DNA from: Felis catus
Taxonomy: Eukaryota
Reading direction: 5' to 3'
Length of the DNA stretch: 64,000 nt
Assembly (NCBI RefSeq): GCF_018350175.1
Contig: NC_058368.1
Span: 187,922,001-187,986,000, forward strand
Translations under genes and position numbers: made by a program
Part shown: positions 1 to 11,990 of the stretch, in pieces
Numbering within the stretch: position 1 is the stretch's first letter
Layout of the letters: every line of letters begins with the position of its first letter
The notes under the pieces: model-generated
Database searches by the model: none
What the model was told of the DNA's origin: nothing
The model's input: only the letters and a program-made list of their open reading frames with translations

Positions 1-226
1 TAACATAGTACGTGCTCAATAAACATTTGCCGTTATTGTAATCATTATTATTAATGTTCTCACAGTATTATCAATATTATGATCAATTACTAATAGTACT
101 TGATTTTTACTAGGGTTACTCATGATCATCAATATTAATAGTGATAATATTTATGAAGCTTTCATTAACACTCCCCAGACAGAGGATTGAGCCCCTAAGT
201 TTGTTGAAAGAATGGAAGCTGAACAT

Positions 227-270
227 GAATGAATGAATGAATGAATGAATGAATGAATGATGAATGAATG
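227..270. repeat. (GAAT)n microsatellite
   Basis: Directly visible tandem tgaa units with one interruption. Confidence 0.9.
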
Positions 271-1126
271 CTAGGCATCATAGTAGACCCTGTGGCATGT
301 ACATAATGAATCAGGAGAATAGCAAAGGAGCCATTTTCTCTTTCCTTTTCTTTCTGGGGGAGCAGCTGGGTGATTTCTCGGTGGCATGGAATGATACAAG
401 AGAAGGAGTCTTATGCTCAAGGTGATCTTTTGGGTCACTGGCATGACAATAGGATTGCTGTTGAATATGGTGGAAGAGTGTGGGCTCTGGAGTCAGACTT
501 CCTTGGTCTGAATCTCTCTGCCCAGCCTCTCAGCATCTATGTGATCTGATGTTAGACAAGTCACTGAACCTTGATACCTACCTCATAAGGTTTCATGAAG
601 CTTAAATAAAATAACAAACCTAAAGCACTTCCTACAGACTTTCATACAAACTTTAACATAAATTGCTTTGTGGAGAATCTTCAGGAAGAGATGGGAATCA
701 CTTCTGCCTCCCCTGATGACTTATTATGTATACACTGTGCTAAACTTTTGGGAGGCTCTGTGCATCTACCCTCCCTGGAGCTAGATATTTATGCTATATT
801 GACTCAGTTTTTTTCTGTGCCCAGAGCGAATATATTCATACTATGGGGCTTACTGAGCCCAGCTTTGAAGATAAAGCTTCCTGCTCTGGGATCTTCTAAG
901 TCCTGAGCTCTATTCTCCACATTTCCCCAGAGTTGGGGTGCATGAACTTGCCAAAGCAAGGTCCAACATCCAGGAATAGCCAGGGATGCCACAAGAATTC
1001 CTTGAGGATGAGATATATCACATAAAATACAAAATTAAGATGTAGATCTTATAGTCCTATAGTGTTTCCAAAAGGTGCTATTGCTTTTTATTTTTTCCTA
1101 GTTCCAATCTTCAAATTGAGATTTCT

Positions 1127-1333
1127 GGGGGCGCCTGGGTGGCGCAGTCGGTAAAGCGTCCGACTTCAGCCAGGTGACGATCTCGCGGTCCGTGAGTTCG
1201 AGCCCCGCGTCAGGCTCTGGGCTGATGGCTCAGAGCCTGGAGCCTGTTTCCGATTCTGTGTCTCCCTCTCTCTCTGCCCCTCCCCAGTTCATGCTCTGTC
1301 TCTCTCTGTCCCCAAAATAAATAAAAAAACGTT
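1127..1333 (+). mobile_element. Young felid Can-SINE (SINEC_Fc type)
   Basis: tRNA-like head gggggcgcctgggtggcgcagtcgg, (CT)n, AATAAA; CpGs intact; TSD caaattgagatttct on both sides. Confidence 0.95.
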
Positions 1334-1417
1334 CAAATTGAGATTTCTGATAGGAGACATAACCAAAAGCTAACATTCTGTGCATTTAAATTCCTGGATT
1401 TCTGTTTTCCCTTAGAT

Positions 1418-1900
1418 CAGCATGTCTAATAGTGATAAAATGTGACTTCCACATATGTAACTTTAAATTTTCTGGTAGCAGCATTAAAAACAGTAAAAGA
1501 GGTGAAATTAATTTAAGCAATATTTTCTTTAACAAAATGTGTCCAAAATATTCTCATTTGAGCATGTAACTAATATAAAAATTAAGAGAATACTATACAT
1601 TCTTTTTTTCATACTAAGTCTTTGGGATCATATATGTATTTCACTGTTAGGGCACATCTCAATTTAGACATTAAGTTTTCATTGAAAATACCTGAATCTG
1701 TACTCAGATTTCATAAAAATTATGGTTAAATAGATACATACATCTAAATTTTTTTCAAAAATACTTCCCAATGACTGAATTAGATACCAATTTTTAAAAT
1801 TCCTCTTATTAAAATGAAATGAGATATTTAAGTCCATGATTGCACTAGCCACATTTCAAATGCTCAATAGCCACATGAGGTTAGTGTCTCCTGTATGAGG
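1418..1900. mobile_element. hAT-Charlie DNA transposon remnant (MER33-like)
   Basis: tttaaattttctggtagc...gcacatctcaatttagac...ctagccacatttcaaatgctcaatagccacatg. Confidence 0.7.
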
Positions 1901-2105
1901 CTTAAACTTTCTAGAACACCAGCCAACTAACTTTCGTAAAGAACTTATATGTGTCATGGGTTGTGCTCATTATTTTACATTTGTAATTGTAGGTAATCCT
2001 TGCAATGATCCTGGCCTCCCTTTGCTGTTGTTTCTTATAATTCCTTCATTCCTTCACCATGCAGTAGCCAGACTCATCTTTAAAAACATGAATCCTGTCC
2101 AAGAC

Positions 2106-2317
2106 TTTTTAAAAAATGTTTATTTATTTTTGAGAGAGAGAGACAGAAACACAAGCAGGGGAGGGTCAGAGAGAAAGAGATGCACACAGAATCCAAAGCA
2201 GGCTTCAGGCTCTGAGCTGTCAGTGCAGAGCCCAATGCTGGGCTTGAACTCACGAACTGTGAGATCATGACCTGAGCTGAAGTTGGACACTTTACCAACT
2301 GAGCCACTCAGATGCCC
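2106..2317 (-). mobile_element. Can-SINE
   Basis: Reverse SINE; TSD tgaatcctgtccaag / tgaatcctgtacaag. Confidence 0.92.
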
Positions 2318-3895
2318 TGAATCCTGTACAAGTCTTAACCATTTTCATTGACTTCCCACTCTGATTAGAATAAAAGCCAAAATTCCTTATCATGACTCAT
2401 AAGGCCCATGAGATCTGGTCTCTACTCACCTCGCTGACCTCCTCTTGTACCACTTTCCCTTTTGGATACAATACTACTTTCTGTTCTAAAACACAACAGT
2501 ATCTGCCCCACCTCCAGACCTTTGTACTCAATGTTCCCTCTGCCTGAGGACATTAAGAGCACTTCCTATGCTTTGCACAATTCTCATTCTTCTGGTCTTG
2601 CCTTAATATCACTTATGTATTTCACTCTAATACTTCACCCTGTACATTTCCTTTAGATCATTTAATAACATTGTAATGATCTTGAGTACTTACTTGAGTA
2701 TTATGACTCCCTTTATGGCTGTAACAGCCACAAGAGATTTGTCTTTTTTTGCTGTGAAATTCCTAGAGCCTAGCACAGAGCCTGGCACTCAATAGACAAT
2801 CAAATATTGTATAAATGGATTACATTGGTAAGTATTATTATTACAAATAAGACTGAGGCTCAAAGAGGTTAAAATTTTTCCCCAAGGTCACCCAGCTAGC
2901 AGAAAAGAACAAGGACCTAAGGCTAGGTCTAACCACAAAGTGTATGTTTTTCTAAAGAACAAAAGGAGTGGGCAGATATAGTAACCTTAAATGCAAAAAT
3001 GAGTGGTTTTGAAGGTGATTTGTATCTATAAAAATATATGTGGATATACACTTGGCAGGAAAACTCAGCAGTTTTTTTTTAGTGGCAAGCAAATGGCTCA
3101 GAGCCTGGTTAAAGATGAGGCCTTTAATGCTTGTGATGGATGGATGAAGGTCCCATATAAAATGGAGACTGAATATCTTGGGTGAGTCATCCAGAAAACC
3201 ACCAAGGCAAGCATCCCACACCCACTTGCCTGACTGTCCGACCTCCTTATGCCTACAGCCTTGGTCATTTTGGATGAAGAAAGGGTATTTGTGCCCCAAC
3301 TACAAATGGAATGACTGACCTAGCACATTTTTCCCCTGGGACTCATCAGCTGGACCAAATAATTTATTCTGAGTTAGCAACCACACTTCCAACCTCACTT
3401 TGCTATATTAAATGTCAATGTCCATCTTAAAGCATAAAGCATTGTGTTCATGCTGTACAAACCTTTGCAAGTTCAGAGGGCCAATTTTGGTCCAGCAGGT
3501 GGCAAGGACAGGTGTCAGAAGGAAGAAGAAGGGGACGTTTGTAGAGTGCCAGCTGGGTGTCAAGCACTGTGCTGAACATTTTCATCTGTCACTGAATCCT
3601 CCCAGGCTCCCCTTGAAGGAGAAAGAAACCTTTGCACTCCGGAAAGGAGACTGTTCCTTTATCATCCTCTGCTCAGGTCAAAGTAGAAACAGTGGATATT
3701 TGGACAGCTAAATAGTGTACAAATTCCTCAGTAAGAAGCTCTATCCCAGGATTCAGATCTCTGCTTGTGAGGCCCCTACTCTGGGGCTCACATTTTAAAG
3801 AGGATGCCTCTAACTTCCTCTTCTCCCTCCAGTTATTCTCTCACAGCACTCCATTTCACAGTGGAGTGAAATTCATGTTAAAAAATTATTTTCAA

Positions 3896-4105
3896 GGGGC
3901 GCCTGGGTGGCTCAGTCAGTTAAGTGTCCGACTTCGGCTCAGGTCATGATCTCATGGTCCTTGAGTTCGAGCCCTGAGTCGGGCTCTGTGTTGACAGCTC
4001 AGAGCCTGGAGTCTGCTTTGGATTCTGTGTCTCCCTCTCTCTCTGACCCTCCCTCGTTCATGCTCTGTCTCTCTCTGTCTCAAAAATAAATAAACATTAA
4101 AAAAA
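3896..4105 (+). mobile_element. Can-SINE
   Basis: Full head, (CT)n and A tail; TSD-like attttcaag on both sides. Confidence 0.92.
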
Positions 4106-4181
4106 TATTTTCAAGTATTTTAATTACCTCTTATCCCCCCCCCCCCCTTTTCCTAAAGAGGAAGTATAGCAGAGTATTAGA

Positions 4182-4398
4182 GGAGGAGTTGGCAAACTTT
4201 TTCTGTAAATGGCCAGGAAGTAAATATTTCAGACCCTCTGGGTCATACGGTCTCTGCTGCAACTGCTGGACTACTGTTGTCACATGAAAGCAGTCATAGA
4301 CACCATGTAAAAGAATGAGAATTTTTATGTTCCACTAAAACTTTATTAACAGGTATCAGGCTGGACGTGGCTGGAAGGCTGTAGTTTGCTGACCTGTG
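4182..4398. mobile_element. MER58A-like hAT MITE
   Basis: gttggcaaactttttctgtaaa...gtaaatattt...aaactttatt...gtagtttgctgacc. Confidence 0.8.
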
Positions 4399-4399
4399 T

Positions 4400-4620
4400 T
4401 TTAGAGTACAGATTGTAGCACCATACTGGGCAAGACTGAATAGCAGCTCAGCCCCTGACTAGTCCTGTAAACTTGGACAAACCCCTTAACTTCAATAAAG
4501 TTCCGATTCCCAACTATAACATGGGGATAATAACAGTATTTTCCTTCTAGGGTGATTGGGAAGTATAAATAAATTAGCATATGTAAAGTACTTAGAACAG
4601 AGTGGGTCTTTAAAAATGTT
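4400..4620 (+). mobile_element. MIR remnant (one of many MIR/L2 fragments not listed individually)
   Basis: MIR core: atggggataataacagta...taaataaattagcatatgtaaagtacttagaacag. Confidence 0.6.
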
Positions 4621-5917
4621 TAATGTCATCAACGTTAGCGTTTAAGTTTCACAAGGGCAGGGGCCACATCAGTTGTGTGCTGAATGTTTGGCACAGTGCC
4701 TTGAAAAAGTAAGCAGTCAGGAAACACTTGTCAAGAAATGAATGAGTAAATGAATGAATGAATGATCTCTTGTTAGTCTCATGACTTAAAAAAAACCAGG
4801 GTTTATTCTCTGCTGGTTTTTTAAAAAATATAAAGTTTTTCACCATAAAACTGTTTTAGCACCATAAAAATCTTCCCCAAGTCTAACTTTTAGCTGGGTT
4901 CTCTATATAGCTCAAACCCCAGTATCAAACTAAAATTCTCTGAAAGCCAGAAGAAAAGGCAGCTTCCATTGTGCAAACCAAATATTCTCCCCAATAAAAA
5001 CAGCTCAGAGCACATACTTGCATAAATCCTTGGGGAAATTTATCAAAACACTAGCTTGTTTAGGAAGCGTCTTTCTTGGCCAAGTTGACTACCTCACAGT
5101 ACCTTTTGTTTTTGAGTTCAAGACTGTGAAAGCACTCAGTAATGCCCCAAACATAATTTGAGGTCTGTTCTAGAATATAACTCAACAAGATATTTGTAGA
5201 GTTTTAAAACATTGCTTTTAAAACATTAATTATGGCCACCTTGGAAGACTTCTTGGATGAATAAATATGTAATAAGTACTCACAGATATTTTAAAGTCAC
5301 AGATTACGAAAGAAACCAACTTCCCAAACATTCCTATCACTTGTCCAACTATCCCTATGTTTCAAGATTGCAAAGGAAATGACTGGTGATCCATGACTTT
5401 CTTTAAACCATGGTATGTTGGCCAAATTTTTCAAAAAGTCTAAGTATAATTACAGCTATATGACTCAGTGGTGAAATCTCATTTTATCTCCTTGTGGTCT
5501 TAAGTAGCTTCAACCAGGTGCACTTAAGGTGCATTTCCCTCATTATTATTGAATTTTATACTAGTTCAGTCCCAATCCTGCAATAGAAAATATATGCCAT
5601 AGCAGGACACTCCCCCAGAGATGACAGAAAAATATCAGCATCTTTGGAAAATAGGTCTAAAGTTGGATAATTTGACAACACTCAGCATTTAGTTAGCATT
5701 TCAGCAGGTAACCCTGTGTAACTGAACATGCATGAGCTTTGCAGTTGAGTGTGCTTTACGTAGATTACTTTGGTTCTCCTAGCAGCTCTAAGCTAGGCAA
5801 TGCATATATTATTACCATTCCACAGAAGAGAAAACTGAGGGGACTTGTTCAGGGTGACCGTGATAGCTCATGGCAAAGTTTCATTTATAGCCAGAAGGGC
5901 ACAGAGGTTGCATACTT

Positions 5918-6694
5918 CAGGGGTTCTTCATTTTATTTGTTCTATGAACTTCTTTGGGGGTCTGCTGATCCCATGGATCCCGCTTTCAGAAAAATGTTCT
6001 TAAGTGCATAAAGCAAAATACGCAGGATTATGAACGAAATAAATCATATTGAAATACAGTTACTGGATTAAAACATATATTTTTGTAATATAGATCACAT
6101 TTATTATATGTATGTATATAATTAACATATTAAATATGGTAGGTATAATAACTACCATAATTTTGTAGTGATGAACATAGACAATATTTTAACATATCTA
6201 AAACAACTATAACATGCTATAAAAGTCCTGTGATTTTTTTTTCCTTTGGTGAAAAAGTCACAGATTCTGCCAATATTACTGTGGTCTGTTGCCTACAATT
6301 ACAATAGAAGAAGCAGCTAAATTTCAACTAGAGGTCAGTGAAAATAAGAACGTAATATTTTTCCCCATTCAAATTCATGACCCTCCCCCCTGATTTTGTT
6401 TTAAATGTTTATTTATTTATTTTGAGAGAGAGAGAGAGAGAGAGCACGAACCTGAGTGGGGAAGGGGCAGAAAGAGAGGGAGAGAGAGAATCCCAAGCAG
6501 GCTCTGTGCTGTTGGTGCAGAGTCTGATGTGGGGCACCATCTCACAAAACCACGAGGTCATCATCTGAGCTGAAATCAAGAGTCAGACGCTCAACTGACT
6601 GAGCCACCCAGGTGCCCCACCTCCCCCCCACCCCGCCACCCTGAATGTTATCCATGGCCTTGTGGGGTCTGTAGACCCCAAGTAAGAACTCCTA
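5918..6694. mobile_element. hAT-Charlie element (Charlie4a-like) split by a SINE
   Basis: Imperfect terminal inverted repeats caggggttctt / aagaactccta; internal ccatggatccc and gtagacccc motifs. Confidence 0.65.
6394..6618 (-). mobile_element. Can-SINE nested in a hAT element
   Basis: Reverse SINE ending gagccacccaggtgcccc. Confidence 0.9.
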
Positions 6695-6814
6695 ACTCTA
6701 GTCTAATCCTTCATAAACAGATGAGAAGGGAAACTGAGGGCCAGAGAGGGAAAGAGATTTATCTGGGATGAGTTAGGCATGTAATAGCAGGGATTAAACT
6801 AGAATCCGGGCAGT

Positions 6815-6919
6815 TGGGGGGGGGGGGGGGGCTAGTGGCTGGCTCAGTCACATGCAACTCTTGGTTTCAGGGTTGTGAGTTTAAGCCCCATGTTGGATAT
6901 AGAGCCTACTTAAAAAAAA
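6815..6919 (+). mobile_element. Short tRNA-derived carnivore SINE
   Basis: tggctggctcagt...cagggttgtgagtttaagccccatgttgg...agcctacttaaaaaaa; taaactag on both sides. Confidence 0.75.
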
Positions 6920-8470
6920 TAAACTAGGACCCAGGGGTTGAAAAGGCCTTCCTTAAAGAGCTGTTATGAGGAATAAACAGAATAATACACGTAAATACTT
7001 TCCACAATATCAGATGCATAATAGCCATCTTGCAGAAAAGAGTGCCCGTGTGACACAGTAGAAGTACACAGATGGAACTTTCTGGAAATCTCCTTAAAAG
7101 GGGGACAGAATCAGCTGAATGTGCCTTTGCCCTGCTCCCTTTCCTCTTTGGGAGTGGAAGAGGGACATTATGGCCACATTAGAAGGATGGTACAGGCAAA
7201 CTCTAGGAGGGACATGGGCCTTTCCTGGCAGTATGGGGTGGCCACACCATCCTTGGACTGCCTGCCTCCAAACTTCCTACATGAGAGAAAAACAAAATCT
7301 TCTGATTGTCCAAGCCACCATTACTTGTGTTGTCTTATGTGCAGCCAAACTCACTCCCTCACTGACACAGTCCTCTCTCTGGCTGGATGACTGAGCCTCT
7401 CTGAGCCCCTCCTCTATAACAGCCCCATTCAAGGTTTTTTGGCAAGGGGTAGAGGATATAGAGGACTTAAACGCCGTGCCTGGCCCAATTTCAAGTGCAC
7501 AGAAAAAGGCAGCTGTTATTACCTTTACTGTTTCAGTGTCTCACAATGCAGTGTGCTTAGTACCAGATTGGCTCCTAGCTTCCAAACCACACACAGCCTC
7601 ACAGTCCCCCCCTCCCCCACCCGCTCACCACGGCTCTGGTACACATGCCTCCAATTCAGCGTTGATTAAATGCTTATCATGTCTCACAGAAAGGAACAGT
7701 TTATGAAAATGCTGACAGTGACAAAACACCTAATAATTAGCGGCTAACAACCACAGGCAATTGGTGGTTTATACAAATTCAGGGACTAAAGCCACTGCTC
7801 TGCATTCCTCAGATTTCTTGCATAAGTGCTCGAGAGGGACTTCTGCTAGCAGTGCTGACTTTATAGGAAGAATGTGGCATGTGAAGTGACTGGAGAGGTT
7901 GTGGAGGCTGTGAAGGACCTTTCAACACCAAACGCCCCCCCACCCCCCACACTCCATGCCCTGCTCCAGTGGCCACTCTGCTGGACCTTCTGCTATCAGA
8001 GCTGGAGGCCTGTGGGTGGTGACAGCCTGCAGAAGCCCACAGGCTTTAGAAGGGGCCAAAGGGTGAAGATACAGTGCGGGGTCCCAAAGATGCGCTTGCC
8101 CTACAGACGCGTCACAAGACAATGCTATTTTTCCACGGGATCCTTTTCCTTCCCTTTGCACTGATGGGTCCCTGGGGACCACATGGGATGCTAATGCCTG
8201 CTGAAGTAGACTTCCTTCTCCATGGGGCCTAGAAGTGAGGCACATGGTTGTCAACATTCAGGGCTGGGTGGGACCTCTGGAGAGGTACTGGGAGGGCTAA
8301 AACTTGACATCCCTTCCAATTAATATCCCTTTATCACCAACATCTTTTAACATAATACCATTTTAAAAATTCAGTAGAAGAACAGGCCCAACTTGGATTC
8401 CCAGTGTCATTCCCCCAAAGTCACATTAACATCAGTGTGCTGTGTATCCTTCCAAAAGATTTCAATACAC

Positions 8471-8853
8471 TGTTATGGACTGAATTACATGCTCCTCCAA
8501 TTCCTATGTTGAAGCTCTAACTCCCAATGGGACTGTATTTGGCGATAGGGCCTAAAGGAGGTAATAAAGCTTAAATGAGATTGCAGGGGTGGGGCCTCGC
8601 TCCAGAAGGACTGATGGCCTTAATAAGAGGAGGAAGAGACACCAGGGATGCACACTGTCAGAGAAAAGGCCACGTGAGAACATGCAAGAAGGCAGCCATC
8701 TGCAAGGCAAAGAGAGAGGCTTTGCAGAGACCAACCACGCTGACATGTTGATCTTGAACTTTGAGCCTTCAGAACTGTGAGAAAATAAATTTCTGTTGTT
8801 TAAGCCACCCAGTTTGTGATATTTTGTTATGGCAGCATGAGCTAGCTAATACA
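8471..8853 (+). mobile_element. MaLR solo LTR (MLT1A-like)
   Basis: TG...CA ends: tgttatggactgaat...agaactgtgagaaaataaatttctgttgtttaagccacccag...ctaataca. Confidence 0.88.
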
Positions 8854-9003
8854 CTGACTTAATTATGTAAATAAACCAGGAGGACAATTTATCAAAGTGT
8901 CACATTGTGCTTCCCCTCTATAGTTTCCCCTTCCTCCTTTTACCAGTTAGGCAATCAGCTTTTGCAATTCCTTGGCCTGGGGGTAGCTAATGTGTACCTT
9001 CTC

Positions 9004-10461
9004 TTTTTTTTTTTTTTTTTTTTTTAATTTTTTTATTTTTTTTTTTACTTATTTTTATTTTTATTTATTTTTTTATATATATGAAATTTATTGACATATT
9101 GGTTTCCATACAACACCCAGTGCTCATCCCAAAAGGTGCCCTCCTCAATACCCATCACCCACCCTCCCCTCCCTCCCACCTGCCATCAACCCGCAGTTTG
9201 TTCTCAGTTTTTAACAGTCTCTTATGCTTTGGCTCTCTCCCACTCTAACTTCTTTTTTTTTTTTTTCCTTCCCCTCCCCCATGGGTTCCTGTTAAGTTTC
9301 TCAGGATCCACATAAGAGTGAAACCATATGGTATCTGTCTTTCTCTGTATGGCTTATTTCACTTAGCATCACACTCTCCAGTTCCATCCACGTTGCTACA
9401 AAAGGCCATATTTCGTTTTTTCTCATTGCCACGTAGTACTCCATTGTGTATATAAACCACAATTTCTTTATCCATTCATCAGTTGATGGACATTTAGGCT
9501 CTTTCCATAATTTGGCTATTGTTGAGAGTGCTGCTATGAACATTGGGGTACAAGTGGCCCTATGCATCAGTACTCCTGTATCCCTTGGATAAATTCCTAG
9601 CAGGGCTATTGCTGGGTCATAGGGTAGGTCTATTTTTAATTTTCTGAGGAACCTCCACACTGCTTTCCAGAGCGGCTGCACCAATTTGCATTCCCACCAA
9701 CAGTGCAAGAGGGTTCCCGTTTCTCCACATCCTCTCCAGCATCTATAGTCTCCTGATTTGTTCATTTTGGCCACTCTGACTGGCGNNNNNNNNNNNNNNN
9801 NNNNNNNNNNNNNNNNNNNNNNNNNNNNNNNNNNNNNNNNNNNNNNNNNNNNNNNNNNNNNNNNNNNNNNNNNNNNNNNNNNNNNNNNNNNNNNNNNNNN
9901 NNNNNNNNNNNNNNNNNTCTTCACTGGGTTATTTGTTTTTCGGGTGTGGAGTTTGGTGAGCTCTTTATAGATTTTGGATACTAGCCCTTTGTCCGATATG
10001 TCATTTGCGAATATCTTTTCCCATTCCGTTGGTTGCCTTTTAGTTTTGTTGGTTGTTTCCTTTGCTGTGCAGAAGCTTTTTATCTTCATAAGGTCCCAGT
10101 AATTCACTTTTGCTTTTAATTCCCTTGCCTTTGGGGATGTGTCGAGTAAGAGATTGCTACGGCTGAGGTCAGAGAGGTCTTTTCCTGCTTTCTCCTCTAA
10201 GGTTTTGATGGTTTCCTGTCTCACATTTAGGTCCTTTATCCATTTTGAGTTTATTTTTGTGAATGGTGTGAGAAAGTGGTCTAGTTTCAACCTTCTGCAT
10301 GTTGCTGCCCAGTTCTCCCAGCACCATTTGTTAAAGAGGCTATCTTTTTTCCATTGGATGTTCTTTCCTGCTTTGTCAAAGATGAGTTGGCCATACGTTT
10401 GTGGGTCTAGTTCTGGGGTTTCTATTCTATTCCATTGGTCTATGTGTCTGTTTTTGTGCCA
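9004..10461 (-). mobile_element. Young 5'-truncated felid LINE-1 (3' part of ORF2, 3' UTR, poly-A tail)
   Basis: Uninterrupted ORF2 C-terminus ([14 protein letters not shown]...[16 protein letters not shown]...) ending at 9301; T-rich tail at 9004-9075; perfect TSD taatgtgtaccttctc at 8988-9003 and 10462-10477. Confidence 0.96.
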
Positions 10462-11121
10462 TAATGTGTACCTTCTCTTAAGAAGTCTTGTTTCCATTCC
10501 CATGAGTACTACATGAAAATATTTGTTTGCCCACATTCACCCTGAAAGCGAATTGTCAAACTTTGCCCTTCAGATTTTATTTAGTGAGGATGAGGAAGAA
10601 TTGATGTTCCACAAATAAAAATTCAGAGAAACATGAATCACCGAGTAGTGCCTCCGTCCACTAGTAAAGCAGAATTAACGTTCCAAGAAAAAATTCAGGA
10701 GAGCATCTCTTGTTGTTCTATGGACGTATTCTCTCTTTAAGTCTCGTTTGTGGTTTCTCTGAACCAGATAACTTTTGGGAAAGCAGGTTAAAGGGTGCAA
10801 AATTAATGTAATTACATAAATCACCCACTCCCCAGGAACAGGCCCACAGTATGCATTATTTAGTTTCGGAATTTCAGCTACTGTGAAGCACCCATTGACT
10901 TTGTGAGCCTAACGTCAATTGTTTTCAGCATGTTCTTGTTCTAGCCCACCCACATGGTTCAGATGAATTAATCACCCCTTACCAGCAGGCACTTGGGAAG
11001 AAAAGAACTGCATTATTTTCTGGTGTGGACAAGAAGGAACCAGCAAAAAATGGCATCAACTATTTATGTTTCATTCTTCTCCTGACTTTAGAGCAGAAGA
11101 GATCCATGGATTGGTGCCTAA

Positions 11122-11353
11122 TTTTAAAAAAATTTTTTCTTAACGTTTATTTATATTTGAGAGATCGAGACAGCTTGAGCATGAGCGGGAGAGGGGCAGA
11201 GAGAGAGGGAGACACAGAATCTGAAGCAGGCTCCCGGTTCTGATCTGTCAGCACAGAGTCTGATGCAGGGCTCAAACCCATGGACCACGAGATCATGACC
11301 TGAGCTGAAATCAGGAGTCGGATGCTTAACAGACTGAGCCACCTAGGTGCCCC
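11122..11353 (-). mobile_element. Can-SINE
   Basis: Reverse SINE; TSD tggtgccta. Confidence 0.92.
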
Positions 11354-11766
11354 AAGTGGTGCCTATTTTTTAGATGGAGTTTTCTCATCCAAAGTTAGCG
11401 GCTCCTGCTGGATCAGTGTTCAGAACTTGGATTCCCCTCTCCACGTCTGGGAGAACCGAGGACGGGGTTGGCTATGACAACCACGATTACACACAGCAGC
11501 GTACCAGGGTATGACAAGGACCCTCCATGCCTGCACTCCCAGTCTTGTCCCTCAGCCTGGATCCAGCTTCTAACTGCCCATCTCTTCCACATTTGTAAGC
11601 AGGGCTATTCTATCCTAGGAGCTGAGTTCAATTAGTGAGGGCTTTCTTTTGGCGGGGCTCTGCTAGGGGGTTGCACAAAGTTGTATTTTGATTTGAGACA
11701 CGTTTTGAGCCAAAGTATAATCAGTATTTGAACACCTACTTTTTAAGTTTATTTTTAAAGGGGGTA

Positions 11767-11990
11767 GGGTAGCCTGGGTGGCTCAGTCTGTTAAGCATCC
11801 GACTCCTGATTTTGGCTCAGGTCCTGATCTCATGGTTCGTGGGATTGAGCCCCATGTCAAGCTCTGCACTGACAGTGCAGAGCCTGCTTGGGATTCTCTC
11901 TCCCTCTCCCTCGCTCTCTGCTCCTCCCCTGCTAGCATGCATGCACTGTCTTTCTCTCTCAAAATAAATAAATAAACTTTAAAAGAAAAA
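11767..11990 (+). mobile_element. Can-SINE
   Basis: gcctgggtggctcagtctgttaagcatccgact...aaaataaataaataaac. Confidence 0.9.

Noticed and set aside
10462-10536. Apparent start of the 411-aa L1 ORF
   Set aside because: These codons are the TSD and flanking DNA outside the truncated element.
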